Source: an uncultured Planctomycetota bacterium
GTDB lineage: Bacteria; Planctomycetota; Planctomycetia; Gemmatales; Gemmataceae
Direction of reading: 5' to 3'
DNA: 64,000 nt
NCBI GenBank assembly: GCA_963849325.1
Contig: CAWKHF010000012.1
Location: forward strand, 1,408,001 to 1,472,000
The notes below the pieces were generated by a model, which saw only the letters and a list, made by a program, of their open reading frames with translations, ran no database searches and had not been told where the DNA came from. A program made the translations under genes and the position numbers. Below are positions 33,965-44,221 of this stretch, in pieces (the first letter of the stretch is position 1; each line of letters opens with the position of its first letter).

Positions 33965-34351
33965 TCATGGCGGTTCCTGGAAAAGCTTCAGGGTGGGCAG
34001 GATGCGCTGTACCTGGATGAACTGCGTATCCCGAGTCCATAATTCCAGGTTGTTAAGGATGGCAACGGTGGCGAGGACCGCATCGGGAAAGGGGATCGTA
34101 ACGCCATGGACACGCAACGAGGCCAGATGATCGCCCACCACGTCCCAGAGCGAATCGGGGATCGCCACCTGTGCGAACACGGCCAGCACGGTCAGCAGGT
34201 TCCCGCGATGGGCTGGATCGCGGGCCCCGTGCAGTACTTCGGCGCGGGTGATGCCGCAGACGGCCACGGACAAGGTTGGGAGCAGGGTCTGGAGCTTCGC
34301 GTCCTGTCCCTTGGCGTAGTCAATGACCACACTGGTATCGACCAGAATCAT
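33965..34351 (-). CDS. vapC: PIN-domain (VapC-like) toxin
   Basis: 'ILVDTSVVID', 'AEVLHGA', 'FPDAVLA' and 'LWTRD' give the PIN acidic tetrad. Confidence 0.88.
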   Translation of the reverse strand: MILVDTSVVIDYAKGQDAKLQTLLPTLSVAVCGITRAEVLHGARDPAHRGNLLTVLAVFAQVAIPDSLWDVVGDHLASLRVHGVTIPFPDAVLATVAILNNLELWTRDTQFIQVQRILPTLKLFQEPP

Positions 34352-34596
34352 GACAGATGGTCGCTCGCATGCTTACGATCGTACTCCCGCTGCTCTCTCC
34401 AGGCATCGAAATCGTACCCGGCCAGTGCCCGCGCCGCCTGTGCGGCAGTATCCCAGTCACCTGTACCCGGCTGGATGGAGGAGAGAGGCTCCTCTTCCAG
34501 CACAATGATCTCCACCGTCCGGCCGAGGAACGGTTTCAACTCCGGCAAGTGTAGCGTCTCGGAATCGATGCGTCGATGGATACGGATGGCGGTCAT
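34348..34596 (-). CDS. Putative antitoxin
   Basis: 82-aa ORF overlapping the PIN gene by ATGA. It has a beta-rich N-terminus 'SETLHLPEL..FLGRTVEIIV' and an acidic C-terminus. Confidence 0.75.
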   Translation of the reverse strand: MTAIRIHRRIDSETLHLPELKPFLGRTVEIIVLEEEPLSSIQPGTGDWDTAAQAARALAGYDFDAWREQREYDRKHASDHLS

Positions 34597-34728
34597 GTCG
34601 AGTCCCCCGTTGGTTTCGATGCCTCCTGCGATTCTACCCTTCCGGTCCATTCTCCCGCAGCGCCAGCCTTCGATTCGACTCCACAATCGTCCCCTCCAGT
34701 CCACGGGGCGTTTTCGGTTCCGTAGTCT

Positions 34729-36052
34729 CAGTAGTTTCCGGTTCGGGCTGAGGGAGGAGGGGTGAGGGAGACAATCGCAAGGCTCCTCCTGAGAATGACT
34801 TGTACCACCAAGGACATTCCAGGAGGGAGCCATGCGACAACGGCAGTATACACTCACCCCCGCCCACGTCCACGCCCACGTCAGCGCCCGGATGCAACAA
34901 TATCTCCGCCTGGCTGACCACGGCCCCCGCTGCCGAGCCGATACCCTGTGGGCCGTCCTCTGCTACGCCGCCAGCCGCATCATCTCTCTGGCCGCCGCCT
35001 GCGCCGCCCTCCGCGACGCGCCCTCCGACACCGCCGCCCACGACGCCCTGCTCGCCACCCTCCCTGACTACGCCGAACTGCAACGCCGCCTCAACCGCGC
35101 CCTGCAAGGCGACCTGCCCCACGCCTTACGCCGACGCCGCCAGCCCTTGGCCATCGACTTGGTGCTCATCCCCTACCACGGCAGACCCCTGCACCACGCC
35201 GACGAGGTCTACCGCAGCCAAGCCAAGAGCGGCACCAGCCACTTCCACGCCTACGCCACCGCCTACGTCATCCAGAAGGGCCGACGCTTCACCGTTGCCC
35301 TCACCCCGGTGGCCCGCCACGACGCCATGCCGGAGGTGCTCAAGCGGCTGCTGCGTGAGGCGGCGCGGGCCGGCATCCGCCCGCGTTATCTGCTGTTGGA
35401 CCGCGGCTTTTGCAGCGTGGACGTCATCCGCTACCTGCAGAATGCCCGCTACGCCTGGTTGATGCCGTTGGTGCTGCGCGGCGCAAGGCCGACCACCCCA
35501 AGGGACCGTCGGGCAGCCGGGTTTTCGCCGGCCGCAAGCGTAGCGGCTGGGCCGAGTACACGATGACCAACGCCGCCAAACGCCGGGCGCGGTTCCGGGT
35601 GTGTATCAAGTGTCGCAACCGTCGCGGCGAGCGGGGGCGGCATGGCCGTGAGGCGTTGGTGTATGCCTTCGGCGGGCCGTTGCGTCCGTCGTCGTACACG
35701 TGGGTGAAGGAGACGTATCGGAGTCGGTTCGCCATCGAGACGAGCTACCGTCAGATGCACCAAGCGCGGATTCGGACCTGCACGCGCGATCCGCTGCTGC
35801 GTTTGTTGTACGTGGGGGTGGCGTTGCTCTTGCGCAACGTCTGGGTGTGGTTGCATTGGCAGGTGTTGGCGCGTCGTCAGCGTGGCGGTCGGCGGATCAA
35901 TCTGGGGCGTTTGAGCTTTCGCAAGATGCTGGTGTGGTTGCAACACTGGGCCGAAGCACGCTTGGGTATCCACGATGAAATCGCCACGGAACATCGGATG
36001 TATGAATGAGTTGGGGCATGGTATCATGATTCACACTCACCGGAAACTACTG
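34729..36052 (+). mobile_element. Complete insertion sequence, ISH3-like (IS4 clan), 1324 bp
   Basis: Perfect 14-bp TIRs CAGTAGTTTCCGGT / ACCGGAAACTACTG. 5-bp target duplication AGTCT at 34724-34728 and 36053-36057. Confidence 0.93.
34832..36009 (+). CDS. DDE transposase (one frameshift at ~35480)
   Basis: 'LAIDLVLIPYHG', 'LLLDRGF' and 'YRSRFAIETSYR' (YREK-like) motifs. Confidence 0.9.
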
Positions 36053-36101
36053 AGTCTTAATAAGGAGGGTGAGCCAACACCAGCAGAACGGGAGTTTCGT
36101 C

Positions 36102-37184
36102 ATGGCCGAACACACATCGCTGCACGAGTTGACCGCTGCGGCCGGGGCCGCATTCATTGAGGAGGCCGGCTTCCTGGTGCCCGGCCACTTCGGCGACCCG
36201 GTGGCGGAGTACCGTCACGCCCGCGGAAGTACCATCGTCGTCGATGAATCGCATCACGGCAAGGTTGAGGTTCGCGGCGCCGACGCCGCGCGGTTTCTAC
36301 ATAACCTCACGACCAACGACATTCTCGGTCTGTCGCCGGGCAACGGGTGCGAGGCGTTCCTGACCACCACCAAGGCCAAGGTCATCGCTTATTTACTAAT
36401 CTATCGACACGCTTCGCCCGCCGAGGTTCCGGGGTTCTCGCTCGACCTCGCGCCGGGCGCCGCCGAGAAGGTGGTGTCGTACCTGGATCGCTACCTTATT
36501 AGCGAGCAGGTCGAGTTCGCCAACCCGACACGAGAGTTCGCGCAGCTGCACCTGGCCGGCCCTCAGGCTGTGACCGTGCTGGGGCAGCTTCTCGGCGAGG
36601 GGAGCCTACCCGCTGAGCCGTTGCGGCATGGGCGGCGCGCTTCGGCGGAGAGACGGATAGCTGGGTCCGCCGTCACGATGCTCTTGGTCTACCGGGGTAT
36701 GACCTCGTTTGTCCGGCAGCCCAGGCAGCGAGCATCTGGCAGCGACTGACGCAGGCGGGAGCGCGACCGGCCGGACGCGAGGCGTGCGAGATGCTCCGCG
36801 TCGAGGCGGGACGGCCGCGCGAGGGGACGGACATTGACGACACCACCTTCGCCCCGGAGGTCGGCCGCATCGCCGAGACCATCTGCTACACGAAAGGGTG
36901 CTATCTCGGTCAGGAGTCGATCGTCATGGCGCGCGATCGCGGCCAGGTCAATCGCAGCCTGGTCGGCGTTCGGCTTCCCAAGGGGTCGGTGCCGCACGGC
37001 AGTTTGCTCTTCGCCGGGGGCAAGGAAGTGGGCCGCGTGACCTCCAGCGTCCATTCGCCCCGACTGGACACGGCCATCGGACTGGCCTACGTGCGCCGCG
37101 GATACCAGGAAGCCGGCACGCTCGTCGAGGTCGAGGCGGCCGGCGCCCTGCGCACCGGCGGAAGTGGCCGCGCTGCCCTTCTGA
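36102..37184 (+). CDS. ygfZ: YgfZ/GcvT-family folate-binding aminomethyltransferase-like protein (frameshifts)
   Basis: 'GADAARFLHNLTTND', signature 'KGCYLGQE' and 'AIGLAYVRR'. Confidence 0.85.
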
Positions 37185-37204
37185 TGTTATCGCATGTCCT
37201 CGCC

Positions 37205-37267
37205 GTTTAGCCGCGACGCGCAGCGGAGCGCGGGACTGCCGCGCTCCGCTGCGCGTCGCGGCTAAAC
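37205..37267. repeat. Palindrome family A, copy 5 (loop GGACTGC)
   Basis: Identical arms, between convergent genes. Confidence 0.95.
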
Positions 37268-37275
37268 GGGGCTTT

Positions 37276-38253
37276 TTACCGTTGCAGCAGCAGTTGCACG
37301 CAGCTGACGCCGTTGAAAAAGCCGTGCAGCACGATCGGCCCAACCAGGCTTTGCGTCCGTTGGGCAAGCACGCCCAGGCCCAGGCCCAGCACGAACAGCG
37401 GCACCGGCGTCGGCCACACCGACGTATGAATGCAGGCGAACAGCAGGGCCGTCGAGAAGATGGCCGGTCCCAGCGGCGTGCGACTTCGCCACCATACCAG
37501 CAGGTAAAAGGGCGTCAGAGCGAGCACGAACAGCATCGGCGCGACGGCGTCCGCAACGGAGGCCGACCCTTCCCGACAGGCTGCGGCGATTCGCTCCCAC
37601 CGATAGAGTACGGCCAGCCCCAGCGCCGCCAGCATGGCCAGGTGTCCGTCCCAGCGCCGCGTCGCCAGCCACGGTTGCAACACGCCACGAAAGCTCAATT
37701 CTTCCCGCATCGGCGCCGCCACCGTGGCCGTGAATACCAACAGCACCCATTCGAGGACAGACAACGGCTGTTGCGCCACGATCTCCAGGGCGTGTTTTTC
37801 CACCCGGTCCTCTCCCGCGAGGGAGTAGAGATACTGAACGAGCCAGTAGACGCCAAACACCACGGGAGTCAGGACGAGCGCCCCAAGGAGGCCGGCGAAC
37901 AGATTGCGGTCGAACCGCCGCACCGTTAGGCCGAGTTGTTCGGGGCGCGTGCCGCTGATCGCCGCGAAGAGCAGGGGAAAGGTGAGCACCTGAAGGGGGG
38001 ACGCTAGGGCGGTCGGCCACAGGCTCAAACGCGCCTGCGCCTTGTGCTTTTCCTCGGGATCGCTGTGCTCGGATTCGGCCGTGGACACCAGCTCCGGGCC
38101 GTAATACCAGCGATAAAAGTTCGCGCCCTGCAACGTGGCTTGCACCAGCGCCGGCCAGAAAAACCACGCCAGATACGCCGAAACGAGGATTTCCGCCGCC
38201 GTCCAGGGTACGCGCCGCGACCCGCCGTTGATCGTGTTGCGTTCGTCCACCAT
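37276..38253 (-). CDS. CPBP/Abi (CAAX type II) intramembrane protease
   Basis: Multi-TM protein with 'EELSFRG', 'FACIH' and 'HGFFN'. Confidence 0.88.
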   Translation of the reverse strand: MVDERNTINGGSRRVPWTAAEILVSAYLAWFFWPALVQATLQGANFYRWYYGPELVSTAESEHSDPEEKHKAQARLSLWPTALASPLQVLTFPLLFAAISGTRPEQLGLTVRRFDRNLFAGLLGALVLTPVVFGVYWLVQYLYSLAGEDRVEKHALEIVAQQPLSVLEWVLLVFTATVAAPMREELSFRGVLQPWLATRRWDGHLAMLAALGLAVLYRWERIAAACREGSASVADAVAPMLFVLALTPFYLLVWWRSRTPLGPAIFSTALLFACIHTSVWPTPVPLFVLGLGLGVLAQRTQSLVGPIVLHGFFNGVSCVQLLLQR

Positions 38254-38284
38254 ACCTCTTCTCTGTACGCTAACGGTACCAAGT

Positions 38285-38340
38285 GCCGCTTGCGGCTTAG
38301 CGACAGCCCGTGCCGAGCGCCAAGCCGCAAGCGGCTAACC
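38285..38340. repeat. REP-like palindrome family C (GCCGCTTGCGGCTT arms)
   Basis: Inverted arms between divergent genes. A related single arm lies at ~42015-42037. Confidence 0.75.
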
Positions 38341-38351
38341 CAGAGCGCCGT

Positions 38352-39159
38352 ATGAGCAGCATCCTCGATCGCATCGTCGCCTACAAGCGTCAGGAGATCG
38401 CCACGGCTCGCAGCCGCGTGCCGGACGCGGAGCTGGAAAAGCGCCTCGACGCCGTACCACCGACGCGCGACTTCCGCGCCGCGCTCGAACGCGGCCCTGG
38501 CCTGGGCATCATCGCCGAGGTCAAGAAGGCATCGCCCTCGGCCGGACTGCTCCGCGCCGACTTCGATCCCGTGGTCATCGCGCGCATCTACGAACAGAAC
38601 GGGGCGGCGTGCATCAGCGTCCTGACCGATGAACCTTCCTTCCAGGGCCGCCTGAGCTACCTGAGCGCCGTCCGCGCCGCCGTGTCGCCGCCGCTGTTGC
38701 GCAAGGACTTCTTGCTCGACCGTTATCAACTGCTCGAAGCGCGCACGGCCGGCGCCGATGCCGTCCTGCTCATCGCCGAAATTCTCGACGAGACCGCGCT
38801 GCCGCGCCTGCTGCGCCAGGCCGCCGAACTGGGCTTGCAAGCCCTCGTCGAGCTGTACGACCGCGACAACCTGCCGCGCGTCCTCGACAGCGGAGCGCGA
38901 CTCATCGGCATCAACAACCGCAACCTGCGCACCTTCGAGACCCGCCTCGAACACACGCTCGATCTGGTCGCATCGCTGCCGCCGGACGTTTGCCTGGTCA
39001 GCGAAAGCGGCATCCGCACGCGCGGCGACGTTCGAGCGCTTACAGACGGCCGGCGTTCGCGCCGTGCTGATCGGCGAGACCTTGATGCGTGCTCCCGACA
39101 TCGGCGCCAAGCTCCGCGAACTGAGCGGCGCGGCCATCCAGCGCGACACGGGCCGGTGA
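38352..39159 (+). CDS. trpC: Indole-3-glycerol phosphate synthase (frameshift at ~39030)
   Basis: 'IAEVKKASPS', 'ISVLTD', 'LRKDF', 'GINNRNL', 'VSESGI' and 'LIGETLM'. Confidence 0.96.
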
Positions 39160-40864
39160 GGGTGCCGGCGCACGAAGCGTTCCCGTCTCCTCCTCGGTGT
39201 CGATCAGTACCCGGTAACCACACCACGCCCACAAGAGCAGCAGGCCGAGCGATTCTCCCGGCGGAAAATGGTGCGCCGGATCGCAAAGCGACTCGACGAC
39301 GGGTATGGCCGTCACCGCCGGCAGGGCCAGGATCAGCACGAGCAAGAGCGGCGGCATGGAGGCGCACACCCAGCGCGCTCGGCGGCCACCCGGCAGCAGC
39401 GGCATCGGCGGCGGGGCCCAATCCTCCAAGCCCGGCTGGTAATAGGGGAGCATCTCGGGCCGCGGGCGCACGTCACCGCGGGCCCACGGCCAGAACTCGG
39501 CCCGGAGATAGCATCGCGGTTCGGTGAACAGCAACAGGACCGGCAGACCGGCGAGCAAGACGTCGTAATACATGAAGTGATAGCAGGAGAAGTACGCCCC
39601 CAGCAGGACGAAGGCGGCGGCCGGCCCGGTCAGCGCCTTCATCCGCTTGCCGCGGCGCGCGATCACCAGGAGCGTGGTCAGCAGCACGGCCGCCCACAAG
39701 GTCCAGCCGAGGACCGTGGGTAGCAGCTGTTCCTCCGGTTTGCTGGCGAGGCTGTGCTCGAAGGTGAGCAGCATGCGCCGCGGGATGCCGAACAGATCGC
39801 GGCTCAGGATGATCCAGTTTTCTTGCCAGCGTGTAGCCGTCCGCCGCCATGTGGCCGACTTCCAGCCAGTTCAACCAGCTCCGCCAACCAACTACCGGCA
39901 GCGTGATCAGGATTTGCACGATCCCCGTAATGGCCATGCTCGCCGTCATGCGTCCGCGTCGCGTCACCAGCGGCACCAGGAAGAATGATGCCGCCCACAC
40001 CGGCTTGAAGGCGAGCAAGCCCCAGCATACGCCGGCCAACGTTGGCCGACCGCGCGTCAACTGCCACCAGCCGACCAGCACAACCGTTAGGCTCAACATC
40101 GCGTTTTGCCCGAGGGTGAGGCAGCCGCCGAAGCCCGGAAACATCAGGAGGAAGCCCATCGCCACCGGCCACCACACACGCCCTTCGGTCAAGCGCTGAA
40201 TCACCCAGCCATCGAAGAACACCAACGCGAGGATCAGCGCCTGCATAACGCGATAGGCTATTCGCGGAGGCAGCGTGCTCAGGGGGGCGAAGAAGAGGGC
40301 ATGCACGGGCGGATAGAGGGCGCCACCAACATGCGGCTCGACCACGTGCTTCAAGCGTTCCGGCCCCCACAAGTCCTGTCCGGCCGCCAGCACGGCCGAT
40401 TCGCCGTACACGTCGTTCGCGGCCAGGGGCAGCAGGAAGGAGGCCACGACGTTCGCTGCTTGCACGTCGTCCGCGCCCGTCATCCAGTCGAGCAGGGCGT
40501 GCGCATCGTTTTTATATGCCTCGCGGCTTTCGACGCCGGCTGGGTAGTGCTCTTCCACGACCATGCGGAGATAATTGCGATTGTAGAGTTGTCTCCCGTG
40601 CCCCTCGACAATCATGCGGCCCATGACCCACTGTCCGCCGAAGTCGATGCTGGCGTGCCCCCAGTTGCCGTCAGCGCGGGCGGGGTCGTCGAAGCACGTC
40701 CACGCCTCTTCGATCACGAAGCCGACCGCTCCCAGGGTAAGGAGCCAGCAGAGGGCCCAGCGCGTCGCGGGCCGCAGCAGAAAACGGAGGATCCGGACGG
40801 GATTGCCCCTGTCCAGCAACAAATCGAAGACGGGGCGGCGTGCGTGCGGGGCAGGTTCCGGCAT
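39040..40864 (-). CDS. GT-C fold membrane glycosyltransferase (GT87/DUF2029-like; frameshift at ~39830)
   Basis: 'IDFGGQW', 'LYPP', 'LGQN', 'LAFKP' and 'YYD', with many TM helices. Confidence 0.8.
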
Positions 40865-40972
40865 CGTGGCGGGGCCTCTGGCCTGAAGGACTGCGGTACA
40901 ATAGTCACCATCCGTCGTCCGCAAGCCGATCGTGGACGACGGCGCGTGCAGAGATTGTAGCAGATCGCGGGA

Positions 40973-42009
40973 GTGGTGGATGGACGTCAGCAAGCGGCTC
41001 GTCGGCATGCGCGCGAGTGTCTGCGCTCCCTGCCGGATGCTTCGGCCGGCGTCGTCGTCGCCGTCTCGGGAGGCGCCGACAGCGTCGCGCTGCTGCGCGC
41101 TTTCGCCGCCGCCCGCGATCCACGCATCCCCGTCCCTCTCGTCCTCGCCCACCTCAACCACCAGCTGCGGCGCCGAGAGCGATGCGGACGAGGAGTTTGT
41201 CGCCGACCTGCACGCACGGCTATCGGCGTCCGGCTGTCCTCTCCTGTCGATGTGCCGAACGCGACTCGACGTTGCCGCACGGGCGCGGGCCGAGCACGCC
41301 AACCTCGAAGCGCTGGCGCGGCGCGAACGCTATCGCTGGCTGGCCGAAGTGGCGCGGGCCCACGAGATTCGATGGATCGTCACCGGCCACACCGCCAACG
41401 ATCAGGCCGAGACGGTGCTGCATCGACTGCTGCGCGGCACGGGCCTACGCGGCCTGCGCGGCATCGCTCCGTATCGGGAGTTGGGGCCGAACCTCGCCGT
41501 GGTTCGTCCGCTATTGTCGGCGACGCGGGAAGAAATCATCGAGTATCTCCGCGAACTGGGTCAGCCGTACCGTGAGGACCGCACGAACGACGATCCCGCG
41601 TACACACGCAATCGCATCCGCCACCAGCTGCTGCCCCTTCTCGCCCGGACTTACAACCCGGCCATCGTCGGCGTGCTGGCGCGCCTGGCGGAGCAAGCCG
41701 AAGAGACCTACCGAATCGAGGAGGCCGCCGCCCGGGCTTTGCTCTCCGAGGTGGAGATGCCCCGCGCCGGCTCGTTGCTCATCTTCGATAGTCGGCGGCT
41801 GATGACGGCCCCGCGAATTCGAGTACGCGAGATGTTTCGGCTGGTGTGGATGCGCGAGGACTTGGCCGCTCGGCGGCATGGACCATGCCGCCTGGGAGCG
41901 GCTGGCCGGTGTCGTTTTCGAGAGCGCTTCGGCCGTGGATTTGCCGGGCGGTCTGCGTGCCCGGCGCCTCGAACGAGTGGTTCAATTGGGTCGTCCCTCC
42001 GGGCAATGA
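40973..42009 (+). CDS. tilS: tRNA(Ile)-lysidine synthetase (frameshifts at ~41170 and ~41865)
   Basis: PP-loop 'AVSGGADS', 'HLNHQLR', 'GHTANDQAET', 'VRPLL' and 'YTRNRIRH'. The start is uncertain. Confidence 0.93.
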
Positions 42010-42174
42010 GAATTGGTTGGCCGCTTGCGACTTAGCGAGGCAGCGGCCAACACGAAACGCGCTCCCGGTCAAGTTCCCATCCGAGTCCGAATAAGAACGA
42101 AAAAAATCGGTGCGCACGCCCTGTTTCTCTCGCTATTCCGTAGAGGGGCGTTGTCGGGCAACGGAGTGAGCGAT

Positions 42175-44121
42175 ATGGCGACTGGCCCACTGGGCGGAGT
42201 TCTCCACCACCTGCGGCGGGCGGCGCTGCTGCAGGAGGGCGGCGGCTTGGCGGATGGACAACTCTTGGAATGCTTCCTAACCCGCCGAGACGAATCCGCC
42301 TTCGAGGCATTGCTCCAGCGGCATGGGCCGATGGTCTGGGGAGTGTGCCGCCGCGTGCTCCGACACACGCACGATGCCGAGGACGCTTTTCAGGCTACCT
42401 TCCTCGTCTTCGCCCGCAAGGCCGCCTCCATCCGACAACGAGAGTCGGTGGGCAACTGGCTCTATGGGACAGCTCACCGTGCCGCACTCGAAGTGAAGGC
42501 CGCGCGACATCGGTCGAGGGAGAGGCAGGTGAGCGCAATGTCCGAACCGGAAGCCGTTGTCGAGGCGGATGACTGGCATGACGTGCTCCCGCTGCTTGAC
42601 GCGGAGCTGAGCCGTCTACCCGACAAGTACCGGGAAGCGATCGTTCTCTGCGACCTGCAGGGCAAGACGCGCAAGGAAGCTGCGCGGCAGCTTGGCGTTC
42701 CCGAAGGGACGCTCTCGGGCCGGTTGACGACAGCTCGCCGGAAATTGGCCAAGCGACTCTGCCGCTACGGCTTGACGGTTTCCGGTGGAGTCTTCGCAAC
42801 GGTCGTATCACGCGATGCCGCGTCGGCCTGTGTGTCCAAGTCGCTGCTGGTTTCCACAACCCTGGCCGTAACCCGTGGCGGAGCGGGGGTCTCCGCCTCC
42901 GTTGCGGCCGTAGCGGAAGGAGCACTCCAGACCATGTTGTTTAGCAAATGGAAAATCGTTTCGGCCTTGCTCCTGGCGGCAACCCTGACGGCCATTGGCG
43001 TCGGGCCGCTCGCAGACTCCGCGGCTGTTGGCCGGCAAGCGGCCCAAGAGAAGGTTAAGGAACCTCCCTCCGAGAAGAAACCCTCCCCGGCCATCCCGAA
43101 GTGGAACGTGCGGGCGACCCTGGAAGAACACAAGGACACGGTCTGGGCCGTGGCCTTCTCCCCCGACGGGAAGGTCCTGGCGACGGCCAGCCGCGACGGG
43201 ACCGTGCGGCTCTTCGAGTTGGCGACGGGTAAGACCCTTGCCACTCTGGAAGGGCATGAAGGCGACGTTCACACGGCGGCCTTCGCGCCAGAGGGAAAAA
43301 CTTTGGTGACGGCGGGCGAGGACAAGACAGTGCGGCTCTGGGACCTGGCCACGAAAGGCGAGTTACAGCGGATGATCCACAACGACCCGGTTCGGGGCGC
43401 GGCCTTCACGCCGGACGGCAAGACGCTCATCGCCTGGGGGGGAATCCACGACCCCGATGGATGTGAGGGCCGGGGCGAGATACGATTGTGGGATCCGTCC
43501 ACGGGCAAGGAGCGAGCGCCCCTCCGCCAGGTTCCCGCGACTCAGGTTCTAAAGGTCCTGATCGCGCCCGATGGAAAGACCCTCATCATCAGCAGCGGGA
43601 ATCGGTTCACCATCTCGGAGTGGGACGGCAAAGATCAGTTGAAGGAACGGCTATCGGTTCAGGCGGAGGAGTCGGCTTTCATCTACGGCATGGCCCTGGC
43701 ACCCGACGGCAAGCTGCTGGCCATTACCACCGATGCCACGGTCAAGCTTTATGAAGTCGCAACCGGCAAGAAGCGCGACGAACTGGAAAAAAGTCTGGTG
43801 AACTGCTGGGACGGTGTGTTCTTTTCTCCCGATGGCAAGACGGTGGCCGCGCACATCGTCGTGCAGGAGAAAGACGGGGACTGGATCGTACAACGCCGGA
43901 GCATGTTCCGCACCTGGAATGTGGCTACGGGAAAAGTGCGGGAGACATTCGACGTGCAAGGAGCGATCCGATCCGCAGCCTTTGCGCCGGATGGCCAGAC
44001 GCTGGTCGTTGGCTGTCGGGGCGGGGTCAAGTTCCAGGAGAGCGAAGACGGCACCATCAATTTGCGCTCGATCGACGACACGGAGAAGGATGGGTCGGTG
44101 AAACTCCTGAGCCGAAAGTAA
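42175..44121 (+). CDS. ECF sigma factor with a TM helix and C-terminal WD40 repeats
   Basis: 'RHGPMVWGVCRR', 'DAEDAFQATF', 'EAARQLG.PEGT..GRL..AR', a hydrophobic helix, then WD40 repeats. Confidence 0.92.
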   Translation: MATGPLGGVLHHLRRAALLQEGGGLADGQLLECFLTRRDESAFEALLQRHGPMVWGVCRRVLRHTHDAEDAFQATFLVFARKAASIRQRESVGNWLYGTAHRAALEVKAARHRSRERQVSAMSEPEAVVEADDWHDVLPLLDAELSRLPDKYREAIVLCDLQGKTRKEAARQLGVPEGTLSGRLTTARRKLAKRLCRYGLTVSGGVFATVVSRDAASACVSKSLLVSTTLAVTRGGAGVSASVAAVAEGALQTMLFSKWKIVSALLLAATLTAIGVGPLADSAAVGRQAAQEKVKEPPSEKKPSPAIPKWNVRATLEEHKDTVWAVAFSPDGKVLATASRDGTVRLFELATGKTLATLEGHEGDVHTAAFAPEGKTLVTAGEDKTVRLWDLATKGELQRMIHNDPVRGAAFTPDGKTLIAWGGIHDPDGCEGRGEIRLWDPSTGKERAPLRQVPATQVLKVLIAPDGKTLIISSGNRFTISEWDGKDQLKERLSVQAEESAFIYGMALAPDGKLLAITTDATVKLYEVATGKKRDELEKSLVNCWDGVFFSPDGKTVAAHIVVQEKDGDWIVQRRSMFRTWNVATGKVRETFDVQGAIRSAAFAPDGQTLVVGCRGGVKFQESEDGTINLRSIDDTEKDGSVKLLSRK

Positions 44122-44142
44122 GCGCGTCCAGCAATAACTTCC

Positions 44143-44201
44143 GTTTAGCCGCGACGCGCAGCGGAGCGCGTGCCGCGCTCCGCTGCGCGTCGCGGCTAAA
44201 C
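44143..44201. repeat. Palindrome family A, copy 6 (loop TGC)
   Basis: Identical arms, between convergent genes. Confidence 0.95.
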
Positions 44202-44221
44202 GAAGAGGAAAGGCGACACCA

